Part shown: positions 46,392 to 54,432 of the stretch, one piece after another | How positions within the stretch are numbered: position 1 is the first letter of the stretch | Layout: each line of letters opens with the position of its first letter | The notes under the pieces: model-generated | Databases searched by the model: none | The model's input: only the letters and a program-made list of their open reading frames with translations | Told to the model about the DNA's origin: nothing | Translations under genes and position numbers: made by a program | Assembly (NCBI GenBank): GCA_963762255.1 | Contig: CAVXKA010000002.1 | Span: 643,371-707,370, forward strand | From: Candidatus Eiseniibacteriota bacterium | GTDB lineage: Bacteria; Eisenbacteria; RBG-16-71-46; JABDJR01 | DNA: 64,000 nt | Reading direction: 5' to 3'

Positions 46392-46955
46392 TTGAAGATC
46401 GCGTTCATCGGCACGCATGGGGTGGGAAAGACGACCCTGTGTTTCGATCTCGCCGCCAATCTCAAGCGCCTCGACTTCACCGTGGACCTCGTGAAAGAGG
46501 TGGCGCGGGATTGTCCCCTGCCCATCAACCGCGACACCACCTACGACGCGCAATCGTGGATCTTTCACACCCAGATCGCGCGCGAGCTGGCCTCGGCGGG
46601 ACGCCACGAGGTCGTCATCTGCGACCGCTCGGTGCTCGACAACTACGCGTATCTGGTCAACAAGATCGGGCGGCGCAAGGAAATGGACCCCCTCATCACC
46701 CACTGGCTCACCACGTACGGCGCGCTGGTCAAGGTGCCGATCTGGAAGGCCCCGAGTTTCGACGGCGTACGCGACGTGGGGCTCGAGTTCCAGCGCGAGA
46801 TCGACCGCACGCTGGAAGCCCTCATCGCCGATTTCGGCGTCTCCGTGCTGCGGCTGGAGCCGAGCGAGATGGAGATGTGGACCCAGCGTGTGCTCGACTA
46901 CCTCGACCTCCCCACGCGGGCCGAACAAGTGCAGCTCTTCCCGGAGGATGCATGA
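46392..46955 (+). CDS. P-loop NTPase (AAA_28 / NadR-kinase-like ATP-binding protein)
   Basis: Walker A motif [15 protein letters not shown] start with RBS GGTGAGGGACCA-TTG. 187 aa. Confidence 0.6.
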   Translation: MKIAFIGTHGVGKTTLCFDLAANLKRLDFTVDLVKEVARDCPLPINRDTTYDAQSWIFHTQIARELASAGRHEVVICDRSVLDNYAYLVNKIGRRKEMDPLITHWLTTYGALVKVPIWKAPSFDGVRDVGLEFQREIDRTLEALIADFGVSVLRLEPSEMEMWTQRVLDYLDLPTRAEQVQLFPEDA

Positions 46956-48100
46956 CCCGTCACGATTCCAAGCACCATTACCTTGCCGGGCCCCGCATCC
47001 AACCGCAAGCCATCCGCGGCGGCATGACGGTGGACACGCTCATCGACGAGACGTTCCTGGCCTACAACGCGGGGCGCATCCAGACCGCGGCGCGGCTCCT
47101 GGTCGAGAAGGGACTGCACGCGGACACGACGATGGGGCTCTCGCTGGCCGGAGCCATGAGCCCGGCGGGGGTGACGCTTTCGACCATCATCCCGCTCGTG
47201 CAGGCGGGGTTCATCGACTGGATCGTCTCCACGGGGGCGAATCTCTACCACGATGCGCATTTCGGGCTGGGGCTGGCGCTTCACCGAGGCAGCCACACCC
47301 TCGACGACCGTCAGCTCTTCGAGGCGGGGGTGATTCGCATCTACGACGTCCTCTTCGACTACGAGGTCCTGCTCAAGACCGACGCCTTCATCCGCGAGGT
47401 GATGAAGAACCCCGAGTTCAAACGCACGATGGGCACCGCGGAGTTCCACCACTTGCTCGGCAAGCACCTCGCCGCGCGTGAGGAAGCGCTGGGGCTCAAG
47501 GACACGTGCCTCCTGACCGTCGCCTACCGCTGCGGCGTGCCGTGCTACGTCTCGTCGCCCGGGGATTCCTCGATCGGCATGAACGTGGCCGAGATGGCGA
47601 TCCGCGGCGAGGGCCCGGTGATCGACGTGAGTCGCGACGTCAACGAGACGGCGGCCATCGTCTACGATGCCAAGAAGCACGGGAAGAGCGCGGTGCTGCT
47701 CCTGGGCGGCGGCTCACCCAAGAACTTCGTACTGCAGACCGAGCCGCAGATCCAGGAAGTGCTGGGATTGCCGGAGAAGGGGCACGACTACTTCATTCAG
47801 GTGACGGACGCGCGGCCCGACACAGGCGGGCTTTCGGGGGCGACGCCCTCCGAGGCGGTCTCGTGGGGCAAGATCGATCCGTCCCAACTCCCCGACACGG
47901 TCGTCATCTACTCCGACACCACGATCGCGGCGCCGCTCCTGGCCGCCTACATGCTGAGTCGGCACGAGCCGCGCCCCTTGAAGCGGCTCTACGACCGCCG
48001 CGATGCGATCTACGGGCGATTGCGCGAGGACTTCCTGTCAGCTCGGCGCGAGCCGGAGGACATTCGCGGCACACGCGACGAGGTGCGCCCGGGCGGTTAG
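46952..48100 (+). CDS. Deoxyhypusine synthase family protein (DHS-like; candidate homospermidine-synthase-type NAD-dependent aminobutyl transferase)
   Basis: 382 aa starting [18 protein letters not shown], with a DHS-like NAD-binding core (...STGANLYHD...GGGSPKNF...). ATGA overlap with the ATPase stop. Confidence 0.65.
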   Translation: MTRHDSKHHYLAGPRIQPQAIRGGMTVDTLIDETFLAYNAGRIQTAARLLVEKGLHADTTMGLSLAGAMSPAGVTLSTIIPLVQAGFIDWIVSTGANLYHDAHFGLGLALHRGSHTLDDRQLFEAGVIRIYDVLFDYEVLLKTDAFIREVMKNPEFKRTMGTAEFHHLLGKHLAAREEALGLKDTCLLTVAYRCGVPCYVSSPGDSSIGMNVAEMAIRGEGPVIDVSRDVNETAAIVYDAKKHGKSAVLLLGGGSPKNFVLQTEPQIQEVLGLPEKGHDYFIQVTDARPDTGGLSGATPSEAVSWGKIDPSQLPDTVVIYSDTTIAAPLLAAYMLSRHEPRPLKRLYDRRDAIYGRLREDFLSARREPEDIRGTRDEVRPGG

Positions 48101-48133
48101 CCGCTCGGTCTGGACGACGCCGAGACGAGTCTT

Positions 48134-50791
48134 CTACTTCGCCTCGAAACGACCCTGGAAGAAACGCAGCTTGTCCGGCTCGTACACGAACGTGAGTCCC
48201 TTGAGACTCTCCCGCCGGGCGTAGACCCGCTGAATCCCCTCGGCGATCCCCCGCATGTGGTCGTTGGTGTAGACCCGGCGAGGAATCGTGAGGCGAACCA
48301 ATTCCAGGGCGGGGCGGTAGTTTTGGCCCGTCTGCGGGTTCCGGCCCTTGGAGACGTTGCCGCGCTCCATGGCCCGCACCCCGGTCTCGACGTAGATCTC
48401 GGCCGCAAGTCGCTGAGCCGGGTACTCGTCCTGATCGATATGGGGCAGAAATCTCTTGGCATCGATGAAAATCGCATGCGTTCCCGCGGGGACGACGATC
48501 GGAACCCCGGCCTCTTGCAGGAGCTGCCCCAGATAGTGGGTTTGCTGCACGCGGGACCGGATGTACCGATCGTCCAGCATCTCCTCGATTCCGCGGTTGA
48601 TGGCTGCGAGGTCCGCGGTGGCCAGCCCCCCGTCGGTGACGTTCCCCTCATAGATCCGCAGCAACTCCAACGCCTTGTCCGCCCATGCCTGATTGTCCCG
48701 GAAGGCGAGGAGGCCGCCGATGTTGATGAGGAAGTCCTTCTTCCCGCTCACCGTGCAGCCGTCTCCGTAGAGCATCATCTCCCGCACGATGTCTCGGATC
48801 TTCACCCCGCGGTAGCGAGGATCCCGATTCTGGATCATGTACGCATTCTCGACGAACCGGGTGGCATCGAAGAAGATCGGGATGCCGAGCGCGCTGCAGT
48901 ACTCGTACACCTCCTTCATGTTGTCCATGCTGACCGGCTGGCCGCCGGCCATGTTCACCGAGTGCTCGAAGGAGATATAGGAGACCTTCTCCGCCCCGTG
49001 CTCGTCGACCACTGCGCGGAGCTTCTGCAGATCGATGTTCCCCTTCCAGGGGAATTCGCTCTGGGTGTCATGGGCCTCGTCCACGATGATGTCGACGAAG
49101 ACGCCCCCCGCCAGTTCCTGATGAAGCTTGGTCGTGGTGAAGTACATGTTTCCCGGCACCCATTGCCGATCCTTGATCATGACCTGGCTCAGGATGTGTT
49201 CGGCCGCCCGCCCCTGGTGGGTGGGAATGATGAACTGGTACCCGAGAACATCCTGAAGCGTCGCGGTCAGGCGGTGGTACTCGTCGCTGGACGTGGCGCT
49301 CGCTCGCGCGCCGTCGTAGGCCGCCCACTGATCGGTGCTCATGGCCGTGGTCCCGGAGTCGGTCAGGAGATCGATGGAGACGTCTCCGGAGCGAAGCAGG
49401 AACGTGTTGTACCCCGCCTCTCGAATCGCCCGCTCGCGCTGGTCCCGGGCGAGAACTCCGACCCTCTCCATGGTGTGGATCTGGTAGGGCAGGGTATCGA
49501 ATTCGAAGGACCGGAGGTTCGGGAAGACCCAGTGGTAGTGCATCTGGTCCCGCCAGGCTCCACCCGCGATCTCCTGAAGACCCGCCACCTGGTCGCACTG
49601 CCCCTGCAAGGCAACGATCGCATCGGCCACCTGATCGAGCTGCGCGTTGGTCATGGCCAACCGAGGAATCTGAACCGGCACCAGCCGGTCCTTGCCGACC
49701 AGACCGGTGGCCACCGCGCGAACTCCGGAGAGCAGATAGAGCGCGGCCGAGAACGTGTCCTGCTGGTGCTCGGTGATGTGCGGCAGGAATTCATCGGCCC
49801 GGATGTAGGCCCCGTCGCACCCCCGCTCCAGAGGGACGCCCGCATCCCGGAGCCTCTGTGTGAAGCGTTCCGTCTGGTGCATGACCCAGTGAACTTCACC
49901 CTCGTCGCACATCTCCTGGATCCCGCGGGCGAGAACTTCCATGGTCCGGCCGGCCATCCCCCCGTAGGTGTGCAGGCCCTCGTAGACCACGACCTCGTTC
50001 ATGAACTTCTCGTGCACGTCGGGGTCGTCGGTCGTGAGAATGCCCCCGGTGTTGCACTTGGGATCCTGGGCTCCGTCCATCTGGAAGACATCGGTGGTCT
50101 TTACGATCTGCTTCACGATCTCGGCGACAGGCCTGTCGGCCTGGCCCGGCTCGTGGTGCTGGATGTACCAAGCGTTCTCGATCACCCGGGAACCGTCGCA
50201 GATGACGAGCTTCCCGTGCTTGGCCGCGGCTGCCTTCACCGCCCGCAGGTTGGCGAGGCTGAAGGGGTGCCGCCCGTCGGCGAACGCCTGAAGCCCGACG
50301 AAGGCCACGTTCCCCTGCTTGAGAACTCCCTCCAGTCGTCCCAGGTCGACGTTCCCGGTGAACACCGGCTCCTCGGTGTCCCGCACGTCCGGGTACTGAA
50401 CGTTCAGCGGTCTGAACACGTCCAGCCGCGAGCGCGCGTTGCTTGGCACGGCGGACCCGGCCGGCACCAGGGTCGACACCACCAGCTTCACGCAGCCCAG
50501 CACGTTGTGAGTGGGACAGACGTACCCGTGCCCGAGAACGTCCTTCACCGCCCTCTCGAGCGATTCGAAATTGCGGGAGCCCGCGTAAGCCTCGTCGCCG
50601 ATCAACTGACCGGAGAGCTGCTCCTGACTGAACGCGCTGGTTCCCAGCGAGCACATGTCGAAGTTGACCTGGGTCGGGGTCAGATGCCAGACGTTGAATC
50701 GGGCCCGGGAGAGATACTTCTTGCGCTCTTCCAGCGTGGGGAAGGAGAGAAGCCGGACCGTCTTGATCTTGTGGGGCTCGTGCGTGACCAT
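48134..50791 (-). CDS. Tandem fusion of two beta-eliminating lyase (tryptophanase / tyrosine phenol-lyase) domains. The C-terminal copy is canonical with the PLP lysine (SGKKD). The N-terminal copy is divergent and lacks the KK motif.
   Basis: Single 885-aa ORF from MVTHEPHKIK (RBS AAAGGAACGAGC-ATG). The C-terminal half shows tryptophanase hallmarks (NTFLLRSGDVSIDLLTDSGT, VSGKKDFLINIGG, ...RFFQGRFE). The N-terminal half aligns to the same fold (MNEVVVYEGLHTYGGMAGRT vs LELLRIYEGNVTDGGLATAD) but has DGAQDPKCNTGG in place of SGKKD. Confidence 0.75.
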   Translation of the reverse strand: MVTHEPHKIKTVRLLSFPTLEERKKYLSRARFNVWHLTPTQVNFDMCSLGTSAFSQEQLSGQLIGDEAYAGSRNFESLERAVKDVLGHGYVCPTHNVLGCVKLVVSTLVPAGSAVPSNARSRLDVFRPLNVQYPDVRDTEEPVFTGNVDLGRLEGVLKQGNVAFVGLQAFADGRHPFSLANLRAVKAAAAKHGKLVICDGSRVIENAWYIQHHEPGQADRPVAEIVKQIVKTTDVFQMDGAQDPKCNTGGILTTDDPDVHEKFMNEVVVYEGLHTYGGMAGRTMEVLARGIQEMCDEGEVHWVMHQTERFTQRLRDAGVPLERGCDGAYIRADEFLPHITEHQQDTFSAALYLLSGVRAVATGLVGKDRLVPVQIPRLAMTNAQLDQVADAIVALQGQCDQVAGLQEIAGGAWRDQMHYHWVFPNLRSFEFDTLPYQIHTMERVGVLARDQRERAIREAGYNTFLLRSGDVSIDLLTDSGTTAMSTDQWAAYDGARASATSSDEYHRLTATLQDVLGYQFIIPTHQGRAAEHILSQVMIKDRQWVPGNMYFTTTKLHQELAGGVFVDIIVDEAHDTQSEFPWKGNIDLQKLRAVVDEHGAEKVSYISFEHSVNMAGGQPVSMDNMKEVYEYCSALGIPIFFDATRFVENAYMIQNRDPRYRGVKIRDIVREMMLYGDGCTVSGKKDFLINIGGLLAFRDNQAWADKALELLRIYEGNVTDGGLATADLAAINRGIEEMLDDRYIRSRVQQTHYLGQLLQEAGVPIVVPAGTHAIFIDAKRFLPHIDQDEYPAQRLAAEIYVETGVRAMERGNVSKGRNPQTGQNYRPALELVRLTIPRRVYTNDHMRGIAEGIQRVYARRESLKGLTFVYEPDKLRFFQGRFEAK

Positions 50792-50958
50792 GCTCGTTCC
50801 TTTGGAGAGATCCGATTCCGAGCGCGACCCGTCGATTAGAGCGGAAGGGGGCTCCGCCGGGCAAGAGGGTAAGAGATCATTCCCAAAATGTATCGCCGCG
50901 GACTTCCGGTATTTCGGGTTACTTGCCCAACCGGCGAGCCCGGACGCGATCGACATCG

Positions 50959-50991
50959 CGAGGGGGGGTCGGATTCCCCGATCCCCCCTCG
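50959..50991 (-). terminator. GC-rich hairpin (9-bp stem CGAGGGGGG/CCCCCCTCG, 14-nt loop) between the T9SS protein gene and the tandem lyase gene. Candidate terminator or attenuator, with no U-tract.
   Basis: A perfect inverted repeat is read directly from the sequence. It is located 27-59 nt downstream of the stop of the 51018..52475 gene and about 170 nt upstream of the lyase start. Confidence 0.3.
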
Positions 50992-51017
50992 AACGGACAG
51001 TTCCCCGATAGGCTCGA

Positions 51018-52475
51018 TCAGCGCATGAGTAGGAGCTTCCGGGTGAGCTTCTCCCCCGCCACCTCCAGGCGGTAGAAATAGATCCCCGACGGCATGGAGT
51101 CCGGCGACGTCGCATCGAGCGTCACCCGCTGCAAGCCGGGTTCCATCGGCGCGTTCACGATGACCCTCACCAACCGGCCCTGCACGTCGAAGAGGCTCAG
51201 GCGGACGGGCACTGTAGCTGCCCCGTCCTTCGCCGCGGGAACCTGGAACGAAATCTCCGTGCTCCGGGTGAACGGGTTCGGCGAGTTCTGGAGAAGTCTC
51301 GGAGTCGGCGAGAGGTCGCCGTCATCCAGACCGCCCTGGCCGGTCGGGAAGATCTTGAATCCCTCGGGGGCGCGCGTCTGCAGTGTCGCCATCACGATGC
51401 CCCTGCTGGGGATGTTCCAAGTGAGGTTGGCCCCCGAGAAATAGGGCTCGTTCACCACCGGATTGATCGAGAGCAGCGGGTCGATGGGCACGCCGAGGGG
51501 AATCACATTCCCGTAGTCACTTATCGCCCATGCGTCCCCGGTGAAGACGTCGATGACGGCGAAATCCAGCAGGACCCCCGCAGGCACACAGGTCGAGTAC
51601 ACGCCGGGAGCGGGATCTAGACCATCCGAGAAATCCCATGCGCCCTCGTCGGTCATGAAGCCAAGCCTCAGCACTTCGGGCGCGGCCATCAGCTCGACGG
51701 TAATTGTCACCCAGGTGCAATCTGGCTTGAACTCCTCCGGCCAGCCGGTGCCGCCAAAGACCGGCATGACATTGAAGTTCTGCTTCTCATCCTTGGCCCT
51801 GTAGGGCTTGTACGAATGGCCGTTCGTGATGTTCCTGATCTTCTGCTGCTTGTCGGCCTCGGTGAACGACCGATTGTCCTGAGCTCTCTGGCTTGCAGGC
51901 ACGAGGGTTCCGTCACAGTTGACGTCCCCGGGATTCCTCGAATGGCCGGCTCCGCGAAGGATGTGATCGAGTTCGTGCGCGGCATTCTCCCCGATCGCAT
52001 TGGAGCGGGCGGTCGAGTTGCTGAACCACGTCGAGACGTTCGGATCCGCGGTGAACTCTCCACCGTAGATGTTGGCCGTAGTGCTCCAGGCCTCCCCCCA
52101 CACCAATCCATCCCCGGTCACGGTATCCCGATCCGGAGTGATATTGAGCTGGTGATAGGACCCCGTCGTCGGCTTGACCGTCGTGAAGTTGATGAGCGTG
52201 GAGGCGAAGCCGTACTTGCTCTTCAGCGTCTCCATGACCATGCCTCGCTCGGTCGCGTTCAGCCAGTTGGACTGCATGCTCACATAGACGGTGATGACCG
52301 CACCGGTGCCCGGCTGGAGCATCATCCGGTCGGAGCGGGAGAGAGGAACAGGCGGCGAGAACCCGGGGGCGGGGCCGGACCACGCGGGGTCACGTCGACC
52401 CAGGTCGGCCGTCGCCGGAGCCGCGAGAAGGACGAGGGCGAGAGGGATCAGCAGGGCGATCGCGAACCAACGCAT
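51018..52475 (-). CDS. Secreted zincin-like metalloprotease-domain protein with T9SS-type C-terminal sorting domain
   Basis: Signal peptide (MRWFAIALLIPLALVLLAAPATA), HExxH-containing segment (AAHELDHILRGAGH), and a C-terminal approximately 80 aa segment matching the Por/T9SS sorting domain (LLQNSPNPFTRSTEISFQVP...LSLFDVQGRLVRV...SGIYFYRLEVAGEKLTRKLLLMR). Confidence 0.7.
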   Translation of the reverse strand: MRWFAIALLIPLALVLLAAPATADLGRRDPAWSGPAPGFSPPVPLSRSDRMMLQPGTGAVITVYVSMQSNWLNATERGMVMETLKSKYGFASTLINFTTVKPTTGSYHQLNITPDRDTVTGDGLVWGEAWSTTANIYGGEFTADPNVSTWFSNSTARSNAIGENAAHELDHILRGAGHSRNPGDVNCDGTLVPASQRAQDNRSFTEADKQQKIRNITNGHSYKPYRAKDEKQNFNVMPVFGGTGWPEEFKPDCTWVTITVELMAAPEVLRLGFMTDEGAWDFSDGLDPAPGVYSTCVPAGVLLDFAVIDVFTGDAWAISDYGNVIPLGVPIDPLLSINPVVNEPYFSGANLTWNIPSRGIVMATLQTRAPEGFKIFPTGQGGLDDGDLSPTPRLLQNSPNPFTRSTEISFQVPAAKDGAATVPVRLSLFDVQGRLVRVIVNAPMEPGLQRVTLDATSPDSMPSGIYFYRLEVAGEKLTRKLLLMR

Positions 52476-52545
52476 GCGCTACCCCCTATATTGGGGCACC
52501 CCGTGGGGGCCAAACCATGGCTCCGTACAGATGCGATACATATAT

Positions 52546-52574
52546 ATAGTATTTCGGTTCTTGCCGCAGGTCAA
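52546..52574 (-). promoter_or_regulatory. Putative sigma70-type promoter (TTGACC-17nt-TACTAT) for the T9SS metalloprotease-like gene
   Basis: On the minus strand, TTGACC (52569-52574) and TACTAT (52546-52551) are separated by 17 nt, inside a local AT-rich island (gatacatatatatagtatttcgg). It lies about 70 nt upstream of the ATG at 52475. Confidence 0.35.
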
Positions 52575-52644
52575 CGCATATGGCGGGGTCGTGCCGAGGA
52601 TTCCCGCCGCCCGATGGACTCAATACAAGACTAATTGCATCGTG

Positions 52645-54432
52645 TTAGTCGGTTTTGACGGTACGGACGCCATCCCCCGATCCTCGGCGCCGCACCCCCT
52701 CCAGGGCGCGCTTCAGCCCCTGTGCGTATGGAGCATCCGGCTCGCCCGCGAGAACTGTCGCCAGTTCCTCCTCGGCACGGTCGAGATCTCCACGCCGATC
52801 GGCGTCCTCGAGATATAGCTCGAAGTGGCAGCGGGCCAGTACGTACCTCGTGAAAAGCAGATCGGGAAAGCTGGCCAGCACCCGATCGAGGGGGTCGATG
52901 CACTCCTCGTAGCGGGCCGCCTCGTAGTCCGCCTTCACCTGATTGAGCATTCGGCTCGCCTCCCCGAAGGGAACCGTGCGATCGATCCGTGGATCCTGCT
53001 GCTCGGCGAGACGTCGATACGATTCCAGGTCTCGGAGGAAGGAGCGCGATTGCATGACTGAAGGAGCCCAGGACGGGTCCCGAGCGGTGAGAACGAGCGT
53101 CGCCCCCATCACTCCCATGGCGCCGAGAGCACGCCACCGGCGCCCGGAGCGGAGCGTCGCCGCCAGCCAACACAACCCGGCAGCGGCGAAGATCGCCAGG
53201 TAGGGCACGATGAGAAGCCGGAAGCGGGCAAGAACGATGAACGCGATCGTCTGCAGGAAGATGAGCGCCATGAACACGTACAGGGGCAACAATTCCCTGC
53301 GGCGTCTCGCCGTCACGATCATTCCCAGGATCGCGAAGGGCAGAAGAAAAGCGTACGAGGTGAACGGAAGCCGCAGCCCGGCGACCACGTTTCGGGCGTG
53401 GTAGAAGTTCACGTTGTTGGGAACCTCGTAGTCCCTCCAGAAGGCGCGCGTCTTCCTCCACCAGAGATTCGCGAGTCCTTCCGGCGCACCGGCATGGGCT
53501 TTGAAGACCTCGATGACGGTGGCCGGGAACTGGTTCTTCGTCTTCCACACCGTCTCCTTGGTGGAAGGAGGAAGGTGAAATCCTACCGACCCCTCCACCG
53601 CAGTGTCCGGCGCGTTCCCGGAGATGAACGTCACCGGTCCCCGCGTGTCAATCTGGAGCAGCGGTTGACCCACCTCGGCGTTCCTCGCCGCGAGCAACCC
53701 CAGAGGAACGGCGAAGAGAAGCGCGTAGACGGCGATGAACCTCAGGCGCTCGCGCCACACCTTCGTGGCGACGAGGACAAGGATCACCGCGCCCAGCCAG
53801 TACGCCGACGGTTTGGCCAGCAGGTCGATTCCGGCCACGAAACCGGCCGCCGCCCAGAGAGCCGCCCGCTTGCGGCTCATCGCGGCCAGGAGGGTGAGGA
53901 GCGCTGCGAGGTTGAGGAGGGTGAGGAGTGTCTCGCGGAGCAGGGTCATCTCGAAGAAGATGAAGGGACCGTAGACGGCGGTGATCAAGGCGGCAAGCAG
54001 AGGGATCCAGCCCGGGAAGAACCGGCGCGCGACGAGATAGACGAGCAGCACGCGCACCACCCCGAGAAGGAGCTGCGCGGCGTACGCGCGGTCCGGGTTC
54101 ACCCCGGCGACTGCATAGATGGCCCCCACGAAATAGCCGTAGAGAGGGGCCTGATAGAAGGCGCTCGGCCCGCCGTACCACGCCACCCACTGCTCGGCGG
54201 GCGCGATGACGCGGGCCCAGGAGTGGCAGGGCAGAAACGCGTTCCGGTACAGGATGTCCCCGCCGGCAATACGAACACCGAATTGATGCCACGTGAAGTT
54301 GTCGAGTTCCGTGAAGTGCGTGTAGTCGAGCGGCATCTTGGACGTGAACTCGGCGAATATCGCGGCCCTCAGCAGCGCCGCCAACAGGAGGATCGCGCCG
54401 AGGAGAGTCCAGTCACGGCGACTTGGGTTCAC
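52645..54432 (-). CDS. GT-C fold membrane glycosyltransferase (PMT_2 / GT39-like) with C-terminal TPR-like soluble domain
   Basis: Multi-TM N-terminal 430 aa with a PMT_2-like arrangement. C-terminal Glu/Arg-rich helical repeats. Start overlaps the upstream gene stop (ATGA). Confidence 0.6.
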   Translation of the reverse strand: MNPSRRDWTLLGAILLLAALLRAAIFAEFTSKMPLDYTHFTELDNFTWHQFGVRIAGGDILYRNAFLPCHSWARVIAPAEQWVAWYGGPSAFYQAPLYGYFVGAIYAVAGVNPDRAYAAQLLLGVVRVLLVYLVARRFFPGWIPLLAALITAVYGPFIFFEMTLLRETLLTLLNLAALLTLLAAMSRKRAALWAAAGFVAGIDLLAKPSAYWLGAVILVLVATKVWRERLRFIAVYALLFAVPLGLLAARNAEVGQPLLQIDTRGPVTFISGNAPDTAVEGSVGFHLPPSTKETVWKTKNQFPATVIEVFKAHAGAPEGLANLWWRKTRAFWRDYEVPNNVNFYHARNVVAGLRLPFTSYAFLLPFAILGMIVTARRRRELLPLYVFMALIFLQTIAFIVLARFRLLIVPYLAIFAAAGLCWLAATLRSGRRWRALGAMGVMGATLVLTARDPSWAPSVMQSRSFLRDLESYRRLAEQQDPRIDRTVPFGEASRMLNQVKADYEAARYEECIDPLDRVLASFPDLLFTRYVLARCHFELYLEDADRRGDLDRAEEELATVLAGEPDAPYAQGLKRALEGVRRRGSGDGVRTVKTD

